IMG/VR virus record: IMGVR_UViG_3300032233_000428
Location: 1-27,755 of that record
Source of the DNA: a virus
Taxonomy: Duplodnaviria > Caudoviricetes
Direction: 5' to 3' (one strand)
Length of the DNA stretch: 27,755 nucleotides
Numbering within the stretch: position 1 is the first letter of the stretch; every line of letters starts with the position of its first letter. Made by a program: the position numbers and the translations under genes. This document shows, piece by piece, positions 16,406 to 27,600 of the stretch. A model generated the notes under the pieces. That model was given only the letters and a program-made list of their open reading frames with translations, was not told where the DNA came from and did not search any database.

Positions 16406-16448
16406 AATATTTTAATTAATTTTTATTAATTGTTTTAATTAAAATATT
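16406..16448. repeat. AT-only 14-bp inverted repeat after the tail fibre gene
   Basis: AATATTTTAATTAA (16406..16419) / TTAATTAAAATATT (16435..16448). Confidence 0.6.
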
Positions 16449-18609
16449 AAGTTATAGGAACCGCACTGAATCTTGATCTTTCCATAATTTTAAATCCAGT
16501 TAAATATAACTTAAAGATAATATTTTGTGAACTATAACCTGGGCTTGCTGTAACCGAATTACTTAGCCAAAGTTGTTGTCTTCCGGCATAAGTTCTCAAT
16601 CTTAATGGAAGCACTGGAGCTTTTAAGCCAGCACCGTCAGAAGATCCATTTCCTGGGACATAATATGAAAAATTATTTATAGCCCCATTTCCACCATAAT
16701 TATCACCATTTTGTATATCTCCACCATCTATCCAAGTTCCCAAAGTTATAACTTTTCTAAATATGCCTTGATCAAATGCATCAGCATTTCTATCTACAAT
16801 ACTAACAAATAAGGAGTGTGGAGCAACATCACCCCCAGTATGAACCCCCTCTACTTTAAACATAACTTCTAGTAAATATTTTCTATATTGCGGAGCAGGA
16901 TCTAATCTAGTATTAGCTGCAAACATCTCACTATCTGGACTGTAGTAAGTATTTCCTAATACCCCCGATAAAGCACTTGCAGGTATTATTATTTCCTTAC
17001 TGTCACTTATATTACCCCAATCAGTGTAAGCATTTCCAGAAGCTAGTAAAAGTTCATTTTGTAAATAAATTGTTTTTGAAGAATCAACATATATTGTTTG
17101 AAAATTTGTTGGAATTGAATTATATAATTTTTTAAGTTCATAATCCATCTCAGCTTGAGTTACTATTGGATTAGCTAAAGATGGAGCAGGAACAGCAGCA
17201 GCAATACCTGCACGTTCATTGTAAGACAATTCAGTTGTTCTAAAGAATGGTCTAATGTCGATAACATCTGTATTATTTAGAATAGGTATATCAGCTTCAT
17301 TTAATGAAGCAGTTTTCTTAACAACAATATAGGCTATTGGAAGGATTGATTGACCGACCAAAGCAAAATTATCTGTAGTTAATTCTTCATCTAATAATGG
17401 AGTTAGATTCATTAAATCATCAGGTGATGGGAAAGACCCAGCAATTTGAACTCCAGATATAGTAAATCCAGTATTTACAGATGCTTGATCATTTACGTTT
17501 GGTAATATTTTTAAATCACCATTTGAAGTGAATCCATCTTGTAGTAATTTTATTGAGCCGGTTGTATAGGTATAATCTAAACCAATACCTGCACCTCTTA
17601 CAATACCTAATGCAGGTCTAGTAAGTGTGGTAGGAAGTCCATTACTATCAAATTTTGCTACTGTAGTTGAACTAGTATCTATTGCTTTTGAGTATATGAA
17701 TAGTAAATCTATTCTTTGAATTGCATTGGTTAAAAGTCTAGTAACACCATACTCATCTTTGTAATAAAAATCATTAGCATCAAAAGCAGGTATTTCTATG
17801 TTTAATTGTTCTGATACATCAACTATAGCAGTTCTCGCTATACCTCTCCATCTCTTTATAAATTCAGGTTCTGCTGTTTGTAAAGATGCAAATCCTAATG
17901 CTACGTTATCAGAAGCATATTGCTTTATAATAAAATCTGCTCTACCTTGAACTGCTATTGTTTGGTCACCAGTTGGATTTTCAAAAGAGTTAGGTCTTCT
18001 TTGGAAGTTGGTAAATACTTGAGCTTTTAATAATGGAAATATAGGCTGATCTATATTATTTGGATTTAAATTACCCGTAGATAAGTTTGGTGGAGTTGAA
18101 CTTAAGAATGTAGCATTTCCTTTATCAGGTAGCCAAGCTGGGTAGGAGAAAGCTCTTTCCGCCAAGCCGTTCATCCCTAATCCACCAGTTAGTATATTTT
18201 GTTTAAATTTATAAATAACTGATGATAGGGTAGAATCACTTAATGTCTTTGCATACCAAGTATTATATTCATTAATACCTGATCCGGTAATACTGGTTAA
18301 TATCTGTAATGGAGTTAGATTATAAGCATCATTTATTCTAGCAGTAAATCTACCTGGCTTTACGTATACAACATTATCAGTTCCATTAACATAGGGCTTT
18401 AGTTCAGAAAAAGAATTTCTATCTAAGTCTTTTGCTGATAAAATATCTAAATTTACATTTACATTTTTTACTTGATCTCGTAACCACAAATTATTTTCTT
18501 GAAGTTGCTTTAATGGTATATTTTCAACTTCATAATAAATAGGATCATTAGATTTAAAATATCTAATAGGATCAGTAAATCTATATTGACTCTCTGTATA
18601 TTGTGGCAT
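16447..18609 (-). CDS. Putative tail fibre / baseplate-associated structural protein
   Basis: N-terminal NIPLKQLQENNLWL resembles fibre anchor motifs; beta-rich; TAATG-coupled to the upstream spike gene. Confidence 0.55.
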   Translation of the reverse strand: MPQYTESQYRFTDPIRYFKSNDPIYYEVENIPLKQLQENNLWLRDQVKNVNVNLDILSAKDLDRNSFSELKPYVNGTDNVVYVKPGRFTARINDAYNLTPLQILTSITGSGINEYNTWYAKTLSDSTLSSVIYKFKQNILTGGLGMNGLAERAFSYPAWLPDKGNATFLSSTPPNLSTGNLNPNNIDQPIFPLLKAQVFTNFQRRPNSFENPTGDQTIAVQGRADFIIKQYASDNVALGFASLQTAEPEFIKRWRGIARTAIVDVSEQLNIEIPAFDANDFYYKDEYGVTRLLTNAIQRIDLLFIYSKAIDTSSTTVAKFDSNGLPTTLTRPALGIVRGAGIGLDYTYTTGSIKLLQDGFTSNGDLKILPNVNDQASVNTGFTISGVQIAGSFPSPDDLMNLTPLLDEELTTDNFALVGQSILPIAYIVVKKTASLNEADIPILNNTDVIDIRPFFRTTELSYNERAGIAAAVPAPSLANPIVTQAEMDYELKKLYNSIPTNFQTIYVDSSKTIYLQNELLLASGNAYTDWGNISDSKEIIIPASALSGVLGNTYYSPDSEMFAANTRLDPAPQYRKYLLEVMFKVEGVHTGGDVAPHSLFVSIVDRNADAFDQGIFRKVITLGTWIDGGDIQNGDNYGGNGAINNFSYYVPGNGSSDGAGLKAPVLPLRLRTYAGRQQLWLSNSVTASPGYSSQNIIFKLYLTGFKIMERSRFSAVPIT

Positions 18610-21600
18610 TAGTTATCCCTCTCTATATCAAACACGTTGACCGATTTTAAACCTCTGTTATTATATGAACTTCCGTAATTAGAATCTTTGTATGGGTATT
18701 GAATAGATACCAATTTTGCATTTCCAGATTTACCAACTGAACAATGTTTAGCATTTGCAAAAGTTTCGGCAGCAGATTGATCTAATACAATTCTACCCCT
18801 AGTTGGGTCTACCACACCAGATCCATATAAATATCCAGAAGTTAAAAGTGTAGTTGATGGTTTATTCCATATTGAAACATATGTTGCACTTACACCAGAG
18901 AATACGCCAACATTTCCTGATGGTTGATATCCTTGAGAATAAATTTGTGGAAGTATACCATAAGAAGAATTTGCAGTTTGGCTATTATTTACATCAAATA
19001 GTGAATAAGTAATAGGGTCAACTGAGAAATATAATCTAAATGGTCCATAATTTTCAGCAGAAGTTTTTGCAAAAGGATGAGTAACTCCTGATCCAAAATA
19101 ATCTAGAATTGATATTGAACTGGTATCAGGAGTTGTCATTGGAAGACCGCTAGCTGGGATTCCAGCGCCACTTGTCCAAAGTCCTAGTGGGCCTTGATAT
19201 TTAGTAGCACTCGGATATGAACCGGAAACTGATATGTGCGACGCTTTAAGTTGTGAATTATCAGCAATATTCCAAATAAATAATTTTGAATTAATACTAG
19301 CTAAATTAGCATCAAAATAAGCTGCTGATGGCTGCCACCCATATCCGCAGGGGAAAGTAACATTATGAATATCAACTAAGCTACCATTCAAAGCTCTTAC
19401 ACAATAACCTCCACCAGTCACAGTGCTTAAATCATTTGAAGTTGCAGTTCCTGTTAAAGCAAGTATAAAGTGTAATCTACCTGCACCAGCATTAGGATTA
19501 GTATTAGCGATAAATTTATCTGTACCAGCAGTGGTAGCTGGGAAAGCAACTCCATAGATACCAGTTCCGGGAGTAGCCACATAGCTATCAGCAATTGGAT
19601 TTGGATAAAATTGAATACTTCCAGATGAAGTAAAATTCTCATCAACTACATCTTTATAATCTGTATTATTTGTAGTAAGTAATGAAGTATTTCCAGATCT
19701 AATCCAACTAGCAGAGGTTGATCCTAGGTCTCGCATACTTAGAGTGGATTTATTATCTACTACGATGCAAGCTCTAGTAGAGTGTAACTCAACAGCAGTG
19801 TGATTTGCTCCATTAGAAAGATTAAAAGAACTTACATCAATAGATCCATCATAATTTGATTTATGAGGATTTATATTTATTTTAGAATTATTATCTGCAA
19901 GTAAGTCAACACCAAACCCATATATCACTGTTGGACCATTAATTTCTATTTGAGATGAATCCCCAGCGTATACTGCTGCTAGCTTGCTATTATTAGATTT
20001 AATTGGAGGACCTTTGATAATTGTTGCATAATTTTTAGCTCCAATTAATCTAACTTTAGAATTATTATTACACTGTATCTGGCTACCCTTTAAAGAGTAT
20101 GAAGAATTTGAATGTAAATCAGATCTATTTGATTTTACAGATATTAATATAGCTTCTGAGTTATTATTAATTTCAATAGCAGGTATTGGAATATCCGTAG
20201 TACTATTATTATTTTTTGTTCCCATACTTTCATCAAAAATTATTTGAGTAAATATGGAATCCATACCTGAAGTAAATATTGGAGTTATTTTTGAATTATT
20301 TAATTTTAAATGTTGTCCATTAAAATTAAACTTTAATGCCTGATCTAGACCAGTCACTAAATTTTTATTATAAATAATTTGAGAACCATAACCATCAATA
20401 CCAAATTTTTGATTATATTGTAGTAATAACTTATGTGCTTCTAAAACAGAGGATTCTAATGTAATACCTTTTAAATTTTCATAAACATTTAATGAAACAT
20501 CTAAAGAAACTTTTGAATTACTACATTTAATCCCATTTCCAACATTTTGACAAACATTAAAATTAATTAATCTAGTGTTTAAATCACCACCAATTAAATT
20601 TGAATTATTTAATATAATTCCATTAGTATTTTTACTAATTTCAAATACGCAGTTCTCATTTATGAATGGTAGATATTTAGTAAAATAATTACCAGTTCCT
20701 CCAGGACCACCATTTGTATAATAAGACGATACCGTATTATTTTGTAAAATTTCCTCAATAACTCTTGTTGAACTAAGTTCAATATTACTATTATTTGCTA
20801 AAATTCCTGCTGCCGGATCATCATATGTGATAGTTGCTGGGGATGTTCCAACATTAGTAGAATTAAATAATACTCCTTTTCTTCTAGTATTCCAAGGATT
20901 AGTTAATCTTGTATTAGTTCCATCAAAATTATAAATTCTAGTTGCTACAAACCCTCTAAGAAGTTTTACATTAGAGTTATTTACATATAGTCCAGCTTTT
21001 CTATAACGGCAAACTACATTATTTTCTAAATAAATATTATTACTATCACTTATTTCTATACCATAATAATTGTCTGTTCTATTTGCACCATTACCATCAA
21101 GGAAAAAGTTTCTTATAAAAATAGGTCCATCACAATTAGTAACAACAATTTTATCTAATTTATTCCCATAAAATAAACCTTTTGATTTTGCATTAAGTGC
21201 ATAGTAAGTTTGAAAATCCGCTGCCGTTAAATTATCTGACAATAATGAACCATCAAATTCATCTATGGTGCTCACATCATAAGTTGATATTGAATCGTAT
21301 GTATTTTTAGTTGTATCAAGATCAAATACTTTAAAGTCGATAGTTCCTGAAGCAGCATTAAATGGACTTTGTATAGATTCACTGATTAAATTAGATTTAC
21401 CAAATTTTGTATAAGGACTCACAAATCCATTAAAATTAGACGTAAACCTTGAATCTGTAATTGAACTAAAAACATTAGTTCCTATACTTATACAAGAACT
21501 ATCTAAAAAGTGCCCTCTAACTGAAAATAATTTATTATTATTAAAAGACGTAAATTGACAAATAACTGATGAAGCATATCCTAAAGTATTATTAGTTGTT

Positions 21601-22100
21601 GCACCATATAGTATATTAAGTAATATTGAATTAATAATTGGATTTCCGTTAGATGTATATTGAGCAGAAGCATCTCCTTCGGATTTAGCAAAGTTTCTAT
21701 TAATAATTTCTAATGATCCTCTTGGACCAAACTTAAAATTATCTAATACTAAATCTCCAAGGGAACCAAAGCTACCAACCTCAATAATTACTGGGAAATT
21801 AATAGTTTGTGGTAATGCTGCAATAGCTGCACTAACTGATTTGAATACATTTTTATTGCAGCCTGTTACTGAGTCTGGCGCATCTGCTGAGACAGCTAAG
21901 GCCACGCCACCTATACTTGAAGTTGGGAATCCTAGTTTTTCCCAGACTTGTATAGTTCTATCCTCTAAATCATACAATGGTAAGTTATCTTGTTCCCAAT
22001 TGTAAAAAGAACTAGTATCAAATTTAGATACTTTTTCAGTCCAACAATTGAACAGTTTAGTAGAACCAAAACTAGTATAGATATCGTCTTTTAAGAACAT
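18609..22100 (-). CDS. Putative tailspike / fibre with a right-handed beta-helix (pectin-lyase-like) region
   Basis: Recurrent GIxxxNSxxxL / Asn-ladder units (GIEISDSNNIYLENN, GLYVNNSNVKL, GIKCSNSKVSL); SVSAAIAALP preceding the helix; N-terminal NLPLYDLEDRT anchor. Confidence 0.7.
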   Translation of the reverse strand: MFLKDDIYTSFGSTKLFNCWTEKVSKFDTSSFYNWEQDNLPLYDLEDRTIQVWEKLGFPTSSIGGVALAVSADAPDSVTGCNKNVFKSVSAAIAALPQTINFPVIIEVGSFGSLGDLVLDNFKFGPRGSLEIINRNFAKSEGDASAQYTSNGNPIINSILLNILYGATTNNTLGYASSVICQFTSFNNNKLFSVRGHFLDSSCISIGTNVFSSITDSRFTSNFNGFVSPYTKFGKSNLISESIQSPFNAASGTIDFKVFDLDTTKNTYDSISTYDVSTIDEFDGSLLSDNLTAADFQTYYALNAKSKGLFYGNKLDKIVVTNCDGPIFIRNFFLDGNGANRTDNYYGIEISDSNNIYLENNVVCRYRKAGLYVNNSNVKLLRGFVATRIYNFDGTNTRLTNPWNTRRKGVLFNSTNVGTSPATITYDDPAAGILANNSNIELSSTRVIEEILQNNTVSSYYTNGGPGGTGNYFTKYLPFINENCVFEISKNTNGIILNNSNLIGGDLNTRLINFNVCQNVGNGIKCSNSKVSLDVSLNVYENLKGITLESSVLEAHKLLLQYNQKFGIDGYGSQIIYNKNLVTGLDQALKFNFNGQHLKLNNSKITPIFTSGMDSIFTQIIFDESMGTKNNNSTTDIPIPAIEINNNSEAILISVKSNRSDLHSNSSYSLKGSQIQCNNNSKVRLIGAKNYATIIKGPPIKSNNSKLAAVYAGDSSQIEINGPTVIYGFGVDLLADNNSKININPHKSNYDGSIDVSSFNLSNGANHTAVELHSTRACIVVDNKSTLSMRDLGSTSASWIRSGNTSLLTTNNTDYKDVVDENFTSSGSIQFYPNPIADSYVATPGTGIYGVAFPATTAGTDKFIANTNPNAGAGRLHFILALTGTATSNDLSTVTGGGYCVRALNGSLVDIHNVTFPCGYGWQPSAAYFDANLASINSKLFIWNIADNSQLKASHISVSGSYPSATKYQGPLGLWTSGAGIPASGLPMTTPDTSSISILDYFGSGVTHPFAKTSAENYGPFRLYFSVDPITYSLFDVNNSQTANSSYGILPQIYSQGYQPSGNVGVFSGVSATYVSIWNKPSTTLLTSGYLYGSGVVDPTRGRIVLDQSAAETFANAKHCSVGKSGNAKLVSIQYPYKDSNYGSSYNNRGLKSVNVFDIERDN

Positions 22101-22101
22101 G

Positions 22102-22698
22102 TTAGAAGTTTAAACTCCATCTAAAAACTAATCCAAAATAAGAAGTTTTTATTATTGGACTAAAGTATCTGTAAGCTACAAGTATTGAAGCTATAGGGTT
22201 ATTATTTTTTATATTTTTTATGAATAAGCCAATTTCATTTATTGCTGATGGTAAATTATTACAAGAATTTTGATCTATGAAAATTGTGTATCTAACAGTA
22301 TTATCATCAATTCTTGTAATGTTTTGTTGTGGAATTACCCCATACCATACAGCATTATTTTGAACAGAGTTATTCTTAATTTGATACCCTGAAGTTGAAA
22401 GGACATTACCACTATCCCCAGTGTATTGGGGACTGGTCGTCAAAGGTCCACTCAATGAATTGGTAGAGCTAGTTTCAAGAGAAGTATTTCCTGAAGTTCC
22501 TAATTGAAATCTATCAATCTGGTAATCTAAAATTGAATTAGATCCAGATAGGGCAAATAAATGTGCTAAAGCCACACCCATGCCTGAGACAATTATATTA
22601 TGATCATCAAAAACAACTTCTTCACTACCGTCACCATGTAGTTTAGAAATAGTTAAATGACCTTTAATATCCAGTTCTTCAATTAAATTTAACATCAT
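22102..22698 (-). CDS. Baseplate / tail-collar-fibre-like protein (start probably 22698 or 22695)
   Basis: KGHL.I, NIIV.G, INEIGLF, LVAYRYF.PI.K, FRWSLNF pattern of phage tail-collar/baseplate proteins; ATGA overlap with the upstream gene. Confidence 0.65.
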   Translation of the reverse strand: MMLNLIEELDIKGHLTISKLHGDGSEEVVFDDHNIIVSGMGVALAHLFALSGSNSILDYQIDRFQLGTSGNTSLETSSTNSLSGPLTTSPQYTGDSGNVLSTSGYQIKNNSVQNNAVWYGVIPQQNITRIDDNTVRYTIFIDQNSCNNLPSAINEIGLFIKNIKNNNPIASILVAYRYFSPIIKTSYFGLVFRWSLNF

Positions 22699-24686
22699 AC
22701 CATTAATAATTCCCAAGTAAAATAAATATAATTAATCCCATCAGCACAGTAATAATTAAAAGCTGAAATTCCACCTGTTGCATCCTTCATATATAGTAGA
22801 TCTTTATTAAATGTCTTTTTTGCAAATAATTTATGTTTTCTTACATTATTTAGAGTTTTAAAGTCATATGGTGGGGAATAACCTTGTTTTAACATTTCTT
22901 TTAAATCTAAATACCAAAGTCCTAATTGGTATATACCCCCGAATAAAAGTAAACCACCGGCATCCCCAGGAGGTAAAGCCCATTTTATTGAAACTTTATT
23001 AGGGAATGATAAAGATGCTAGAGCGGGCCTAATTGCTCCATATAAATAAGGTGCTGGGGGAGTGTTATTATAAAGTGTATTATGTGTTGCAGCATATCCT
23101 TCAGCAAACTTTAAGAATCCAGAAGAATCCATAACAGATAATTGATTATAGAGACTACTTAAAGTTCCTGAAGCTGCCGTTAGGGAGTAGTCAGCAGATG
23201 ACACCAACCAATACTTTGTGCCCCCAGAAGCGGGGAAGCATCCTATAAAGTTAGCATATGCTGATAAATTTGGATCTATAATTGAGTTTAAACAATGTCC
23301 AACGTCTGGGACCCCAGAATAATAATTTGGAACAGTAGAATTTAATTCTAGTCTTCTATCTAATGGGGTTGGGGATGTGGGTAGTAAATTATAAATTTCT
23401 GCTAATGCAGATGCAGTGGCGGACGTATGGTAACTTTTTACATTATTTTCATATGATAATGTTTTTATAATTTTATCATTTGATATGTAAGTATTGGATA
23501 AAGTAGTATCTTTATAGTAACATGCTGCATGACCAAATAATCCTGAACCAGTTATATTGTCTGTGGTGTAGTTAGTAAAAGTACTAAAAATATCATCAAT
23601 TTTATATACAGAATTTCTTGTTGAACTAGTTTCTAGAGAGCTTGCGCCACCATAAATAATAGAATAATTTTGATTAGGATTATAAACTAAAGTATGACCA
23701 TATAATTTTGGACCAGCAGTTAAAGTATACCAATCATTCTCATAAAACCATAATTGATCATTAACTGGATTTGTTACGCTGGATGTAAGGCCACCATACA
23801 TCAGGGTACCATATCGTAAAGTACCATCTACAGTTCCAGAACAATATGTCATTCCAAATAATCGTCTACCTGAGGGTCTTTGAAAATATCCATTCCCAGT
23901 TTGAATCTGTTCTCCGTTATCTATTTTTAATTCCCAATTAATCCCATCATACTCCCAAAGATCATTCATTACTGTTTGGGTATTACTAGTTCCACCAAAT
24001 AAAATAATTTTTTGTTTATTAGGGTTATAAACTATTCTATGATCTGCTCTTGCTTGTGGGTTAGTGGGTAAAATTAATTGAGTCCAACTAGTCCCATCCC
24101 ATTTCCAAGTTTCATTAGTATAAGTATTATTAACAGTTCTACCACCAAATAATAAGGTATATCCACCTTTTTCAAAATAAGCCATGGAATGGCCAGACCT
24201 TGGCCCAGGGCCTGAGGTAGTTTTTAATTCCCAAACATAAGATGATGGTGTAGTTACAGTTGCACTAGCTTCCCAAGTATCAGAGCAGTATGTTACTCCA
24301 CCTGAAGTTCCACCAAATAAAACTAGCTTACCCCTAGTTGAATCATATACGATATCATGAAATTTTCTAGCTACAGGCTTTGTAATACTGGCACTAGTGG
24401 AACTTACATATACAGTAGATATATCATAAAATTTATTTTGAAGTTCAAGACTAGATGTATCTCCTCCAAAAATTACTACCTGCTGTTTTGTTACTGAGAA
24501 TCCTGAGGTATCATATCTTAATATATGAGCATGTTGTTTAAAACCAGCAGCATCTTTCCCATAAGTTATAGCATGGAAAGTATAATTAGATGTATCTAAT
24601 ATCGCAGACGCAGATGGAATACTAGATAAACTGCGATTTGCAGTTAGCACATCAACAATTAATTCTCCTGCTCCATCTAATATCAT
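22695..24686 (-). CDS. Baseplate-associated protein with an inserted Kelch beta-propeller
   Basis: About six Kelch blades (R..H.(I/M).Y....LFGG....DTWEW); the flanks resemble the adjacent 22102 protein. Confidence 0.75.
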   Translation of the reverse strand: MILDGAGELIVDVLTANRSLSSIPSASAILDTSNYTFHAITYGKDAAGFKQHAHILRYDTSGFSVTKQQVVIFGGDTSSLELQNKFYDISTVYVSSTSASITKPVARKFHDIVYDSTRGKLVLFGGTSGGVTYCSDTWEASATVTTPSSYVWELKTTSGPGPRSGHSMAYFEKGGYTLLFGGRTVNNTYTNETWKWDGTSWTQLILPTNPQARADHRIVYNPNKQKIILFGGTSNTQTVMNDLWEYDGINWELKIDNGEQIQTGNGYFQRPSGRRLFGMTYCSGTVDGTLRYGTLMYGGLTSSVTNPVNDQLWFYENDWYTLTAGPKLYGHTLVYNPNQNYSIIYGGASSLETSSTRNSVYKIDDIFSTFTNYTTDNITGSGLFGHAACYYKDTTLSNTYISNDKIIKTLSYENNVKSYHTSATASALAEIYNLLPTSPTPLDRRLELNSTVPNYYSGVPDVGHCLNSIIDPNLSAYANFIGCFPASGGTKYWLVSSADYSLTAASGTLSSLYNQLSVMDSSGFLKFAEGYAATHNTLYNNTPPAPYLYGAIRPALASLSFPNKVSIKWALPPGDAGGLLLFGGIYQLGLWYLDLKEMLKQGYSPPYDFKTLNNVRKHKLFAKKTFNKDLLYMKDATGGISAFNYYCADGINYIYFTWELLMV

Positions 24687-24687
24687 T

Positions 24688-27600
24688 TTAATTTTTTAAT
24701 GTTATAGAACTTACTATATAAGAACCATTTAAAGTTTGTGTTCCTGGGGATGACCAATCAGGGGATTCAGCATAACTTATTCTACTACCACCACTTGTTT
24801 CATAATAGGAACTTGTATTAGCTGCTACTCTACTTGCATAAGTATTAGCTATATTATTTAGATAGCGTATTATAGTTAATAGTTGTTCCTTAGAAAGATT
24901 TATTCTAAAGTCTTCATTGTTTATAACTCCCACTAATGGTTTAGCCCATTTACTTAAAGTTAAATCAATTAAATTAAATTTATACATTAAGCTAAACTTT
25001 GAGTTCTGTGTTGGTAGTGTGAAAATTTCAATTATGTAATTTTGATCTAGCCTATGAACTTCATTTAAATAATCACTTGGTAAGATTATATCTTTATTAT
25101 TTGTATTAAATGATAACTCATTAGTTATAAATTCTGATTCAGATAGAGAAGCAATGACATCAGATTTTCTTAGAGGATTATCTATAGTGACGAATCTTGA
25201 ACATCTTATTACTTCTAAATCTCTAGCTGTAAATGGATGGCTATAAAGATTTGAATACTGCGATAATATTAAATCAGAAGTTATATCTGATACTGAATGT
25301 TGCTTCCAACACTTATCCTTGCAATAAGACCACACCTTACCATTCTCTTCTTTAGTATGAATCCACACCCCAAATGTTCCACCACCGGTATTTCTACCAT
25401 CTTCATCACAAATTATACTATTAAAACTTAACTTATATTCGTGATTTGGTGTCAGGAAATTATTTGAGACATCAAACCCTAAGTTCTGATCCGTTTGATA
25501 TTTCTTAATATCAAATAAGATTCTACCAAGCTTGTCATAAGACTGTTGTCTTATCAGAATGTTATCATGTATCAATGGGTTATATCTTGATTCAGGACCA
25601 CTGGGTTTAGGTATACTTAATATAGCAAATGTATTTCTTGGGCTGGAGCCTGAAACTTGGCACAATTCAACATATTTTAGAACACCAGAGTTTCTGTAGT
25701 CAGCATAGTTTATTGGGATAGACGACGTTGAACTGGCTACAAAAGTCCCAGAAGTTAAATTAGAGTTAATATTTATTTCAATTAAATTTTCTAAACTTGT
25801 AGTAGTTACATTACTTCCAAATGAACCCAGATCCTTTAATTTTGAGTTCATCAAAATAGATCCGTAAGCATGAGCAAATACTGTAGGACCATCTAAATCT
25901 AGAACACCTAGTGTTACCCTGTGCCTTTGAAAGTTGTGAGTATAATCGTAATATAATTTATGAAACTCTCTACCTAATTTAAAGTTATAATAATCATCTA
26001 TTGAATTTGGAAATCCACCACTAAATTGAGTTAAGTTATTGACGTAGTTAATTAATAGATTATCATATATTCCCGAAGCTATTAACTCATCTTGTCTAGT
26101 AGAATAATATGATGAAGCTTGGAATAGTTTAGCATTTTCATTTATGTAATGAATAGTAGCTATCAAAGGATCTAGCTGACCATAATCCAAGTAATAATCA
26201 GGTCTTACACCTTTAGATGTAATTTTAGCATTCGACTCTATACCTCTCCAGCCCCTAACTGGGAATGTATTACTGACAGCTACACCATAATAAGTTTTAG
26301 TAGAATTTAAATTTTCACACTTATTGTATATGTCAGGAAGATTAACGTGATCTGTTACTGGAACATAAGTTTGTGAAGATGGAATTAGGCCGAGTGGCAT
26401 AAAGCTACCACTGTAGGATTCAAAAGGTGATGGCATATTGAATCCAGACTTATTGTAGAATCCTTCTGTTGGTAACAGGAACTTGTGATTACGTCTTCTA
26501 TGGGTTTTCCTAGGTAATAAACCAATAGTTCCACTTGGAACCATCAAAGGATCAGATATACTATCAGAATTTCTTCTGGATAAATTTACTCCGTTGTTAT
26601 TCAATCCTTTCTTATATGTTGACATGAGCAAAGCAGAAGACCCATACCCACCCAAAAACATATTACTAGCTACATTCAATCTGGCAGTATCTTTTATATT
26701 TGAGTTTATATATTGGAAATGAACATTACTCATGCTATAGTCACTGCTAGATAAGGATGCCCTAGCAATTAACTCACCTATGCTTTTTGCAGGAGTAAAA
26801 TCTTCAACTGCTTGGGCAATCATGGTCAACGCAACTTTAGAATCTGCTTCCAAAGTTGTCTTTGAAAAATCAAAAGAAGAAATGTCTAATATTAATTTAA
26901 AGTGAGATGATTTACCATTCCATAATGGAAGGTATTCACTCTTTGAATTAGTTACATCCTTTATTACATCGTCCCAATTTGGTGGGAACTGCATTGATGA
27001 TGTAAACATCAACCAACTATTTCTCATGGAGAAATCGTCATCTGCTAATAGAGTTCTTGATTTAATATAATCAGAAACTTTTCTTGCAAACTCTATTGGG
27101 ACTTGGAAGCAAAGCAATCTATCTTCGATGTAATCAATCATTTGGGTATTCATGATTACTTTACTATAGTATGGGATCTCCTCAAATGGTGGGACTTTTA
27201 AATCTCTACCTCTATAATTAAAGACGAAATTAAGTGAATTGAGATTGAATGGAGCGCCAGCTAGGATAAAATTATTCTTAAATTGGTATACGGTATCAGT
27301 AATAATTTTATCCACACACATCCTTATATTCTCATCCATACTACTGAAGCTATAACCAACAACATTTAGATCGTGTTGTAGTCTTGGAGTCCAAGTGCTA
27401 AAATCTTTTAGTAATGGTGACTCTGTGGCTAATGCATAGTAAATTAGGAATGGAACATAGGATTCCCAACATTCACTGATAGAGGAACTAACGTCTTTTA
27501 CACCGGGACCTAATACAGAGTTTATAACGAATTGAATTGATTTTTTAGTTCCTACAGTTTTATAAATATCGACAGCATTGGCTAGTTGTAGTCTCCATCT

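Noticed and set aside
19454-19645. Nested minus-strand 63-aa hydrophobic ORF
   Set aside because: Out-of-frame product within the spike gene; no lipobox or SD seen, so no support for a spanin or holin.
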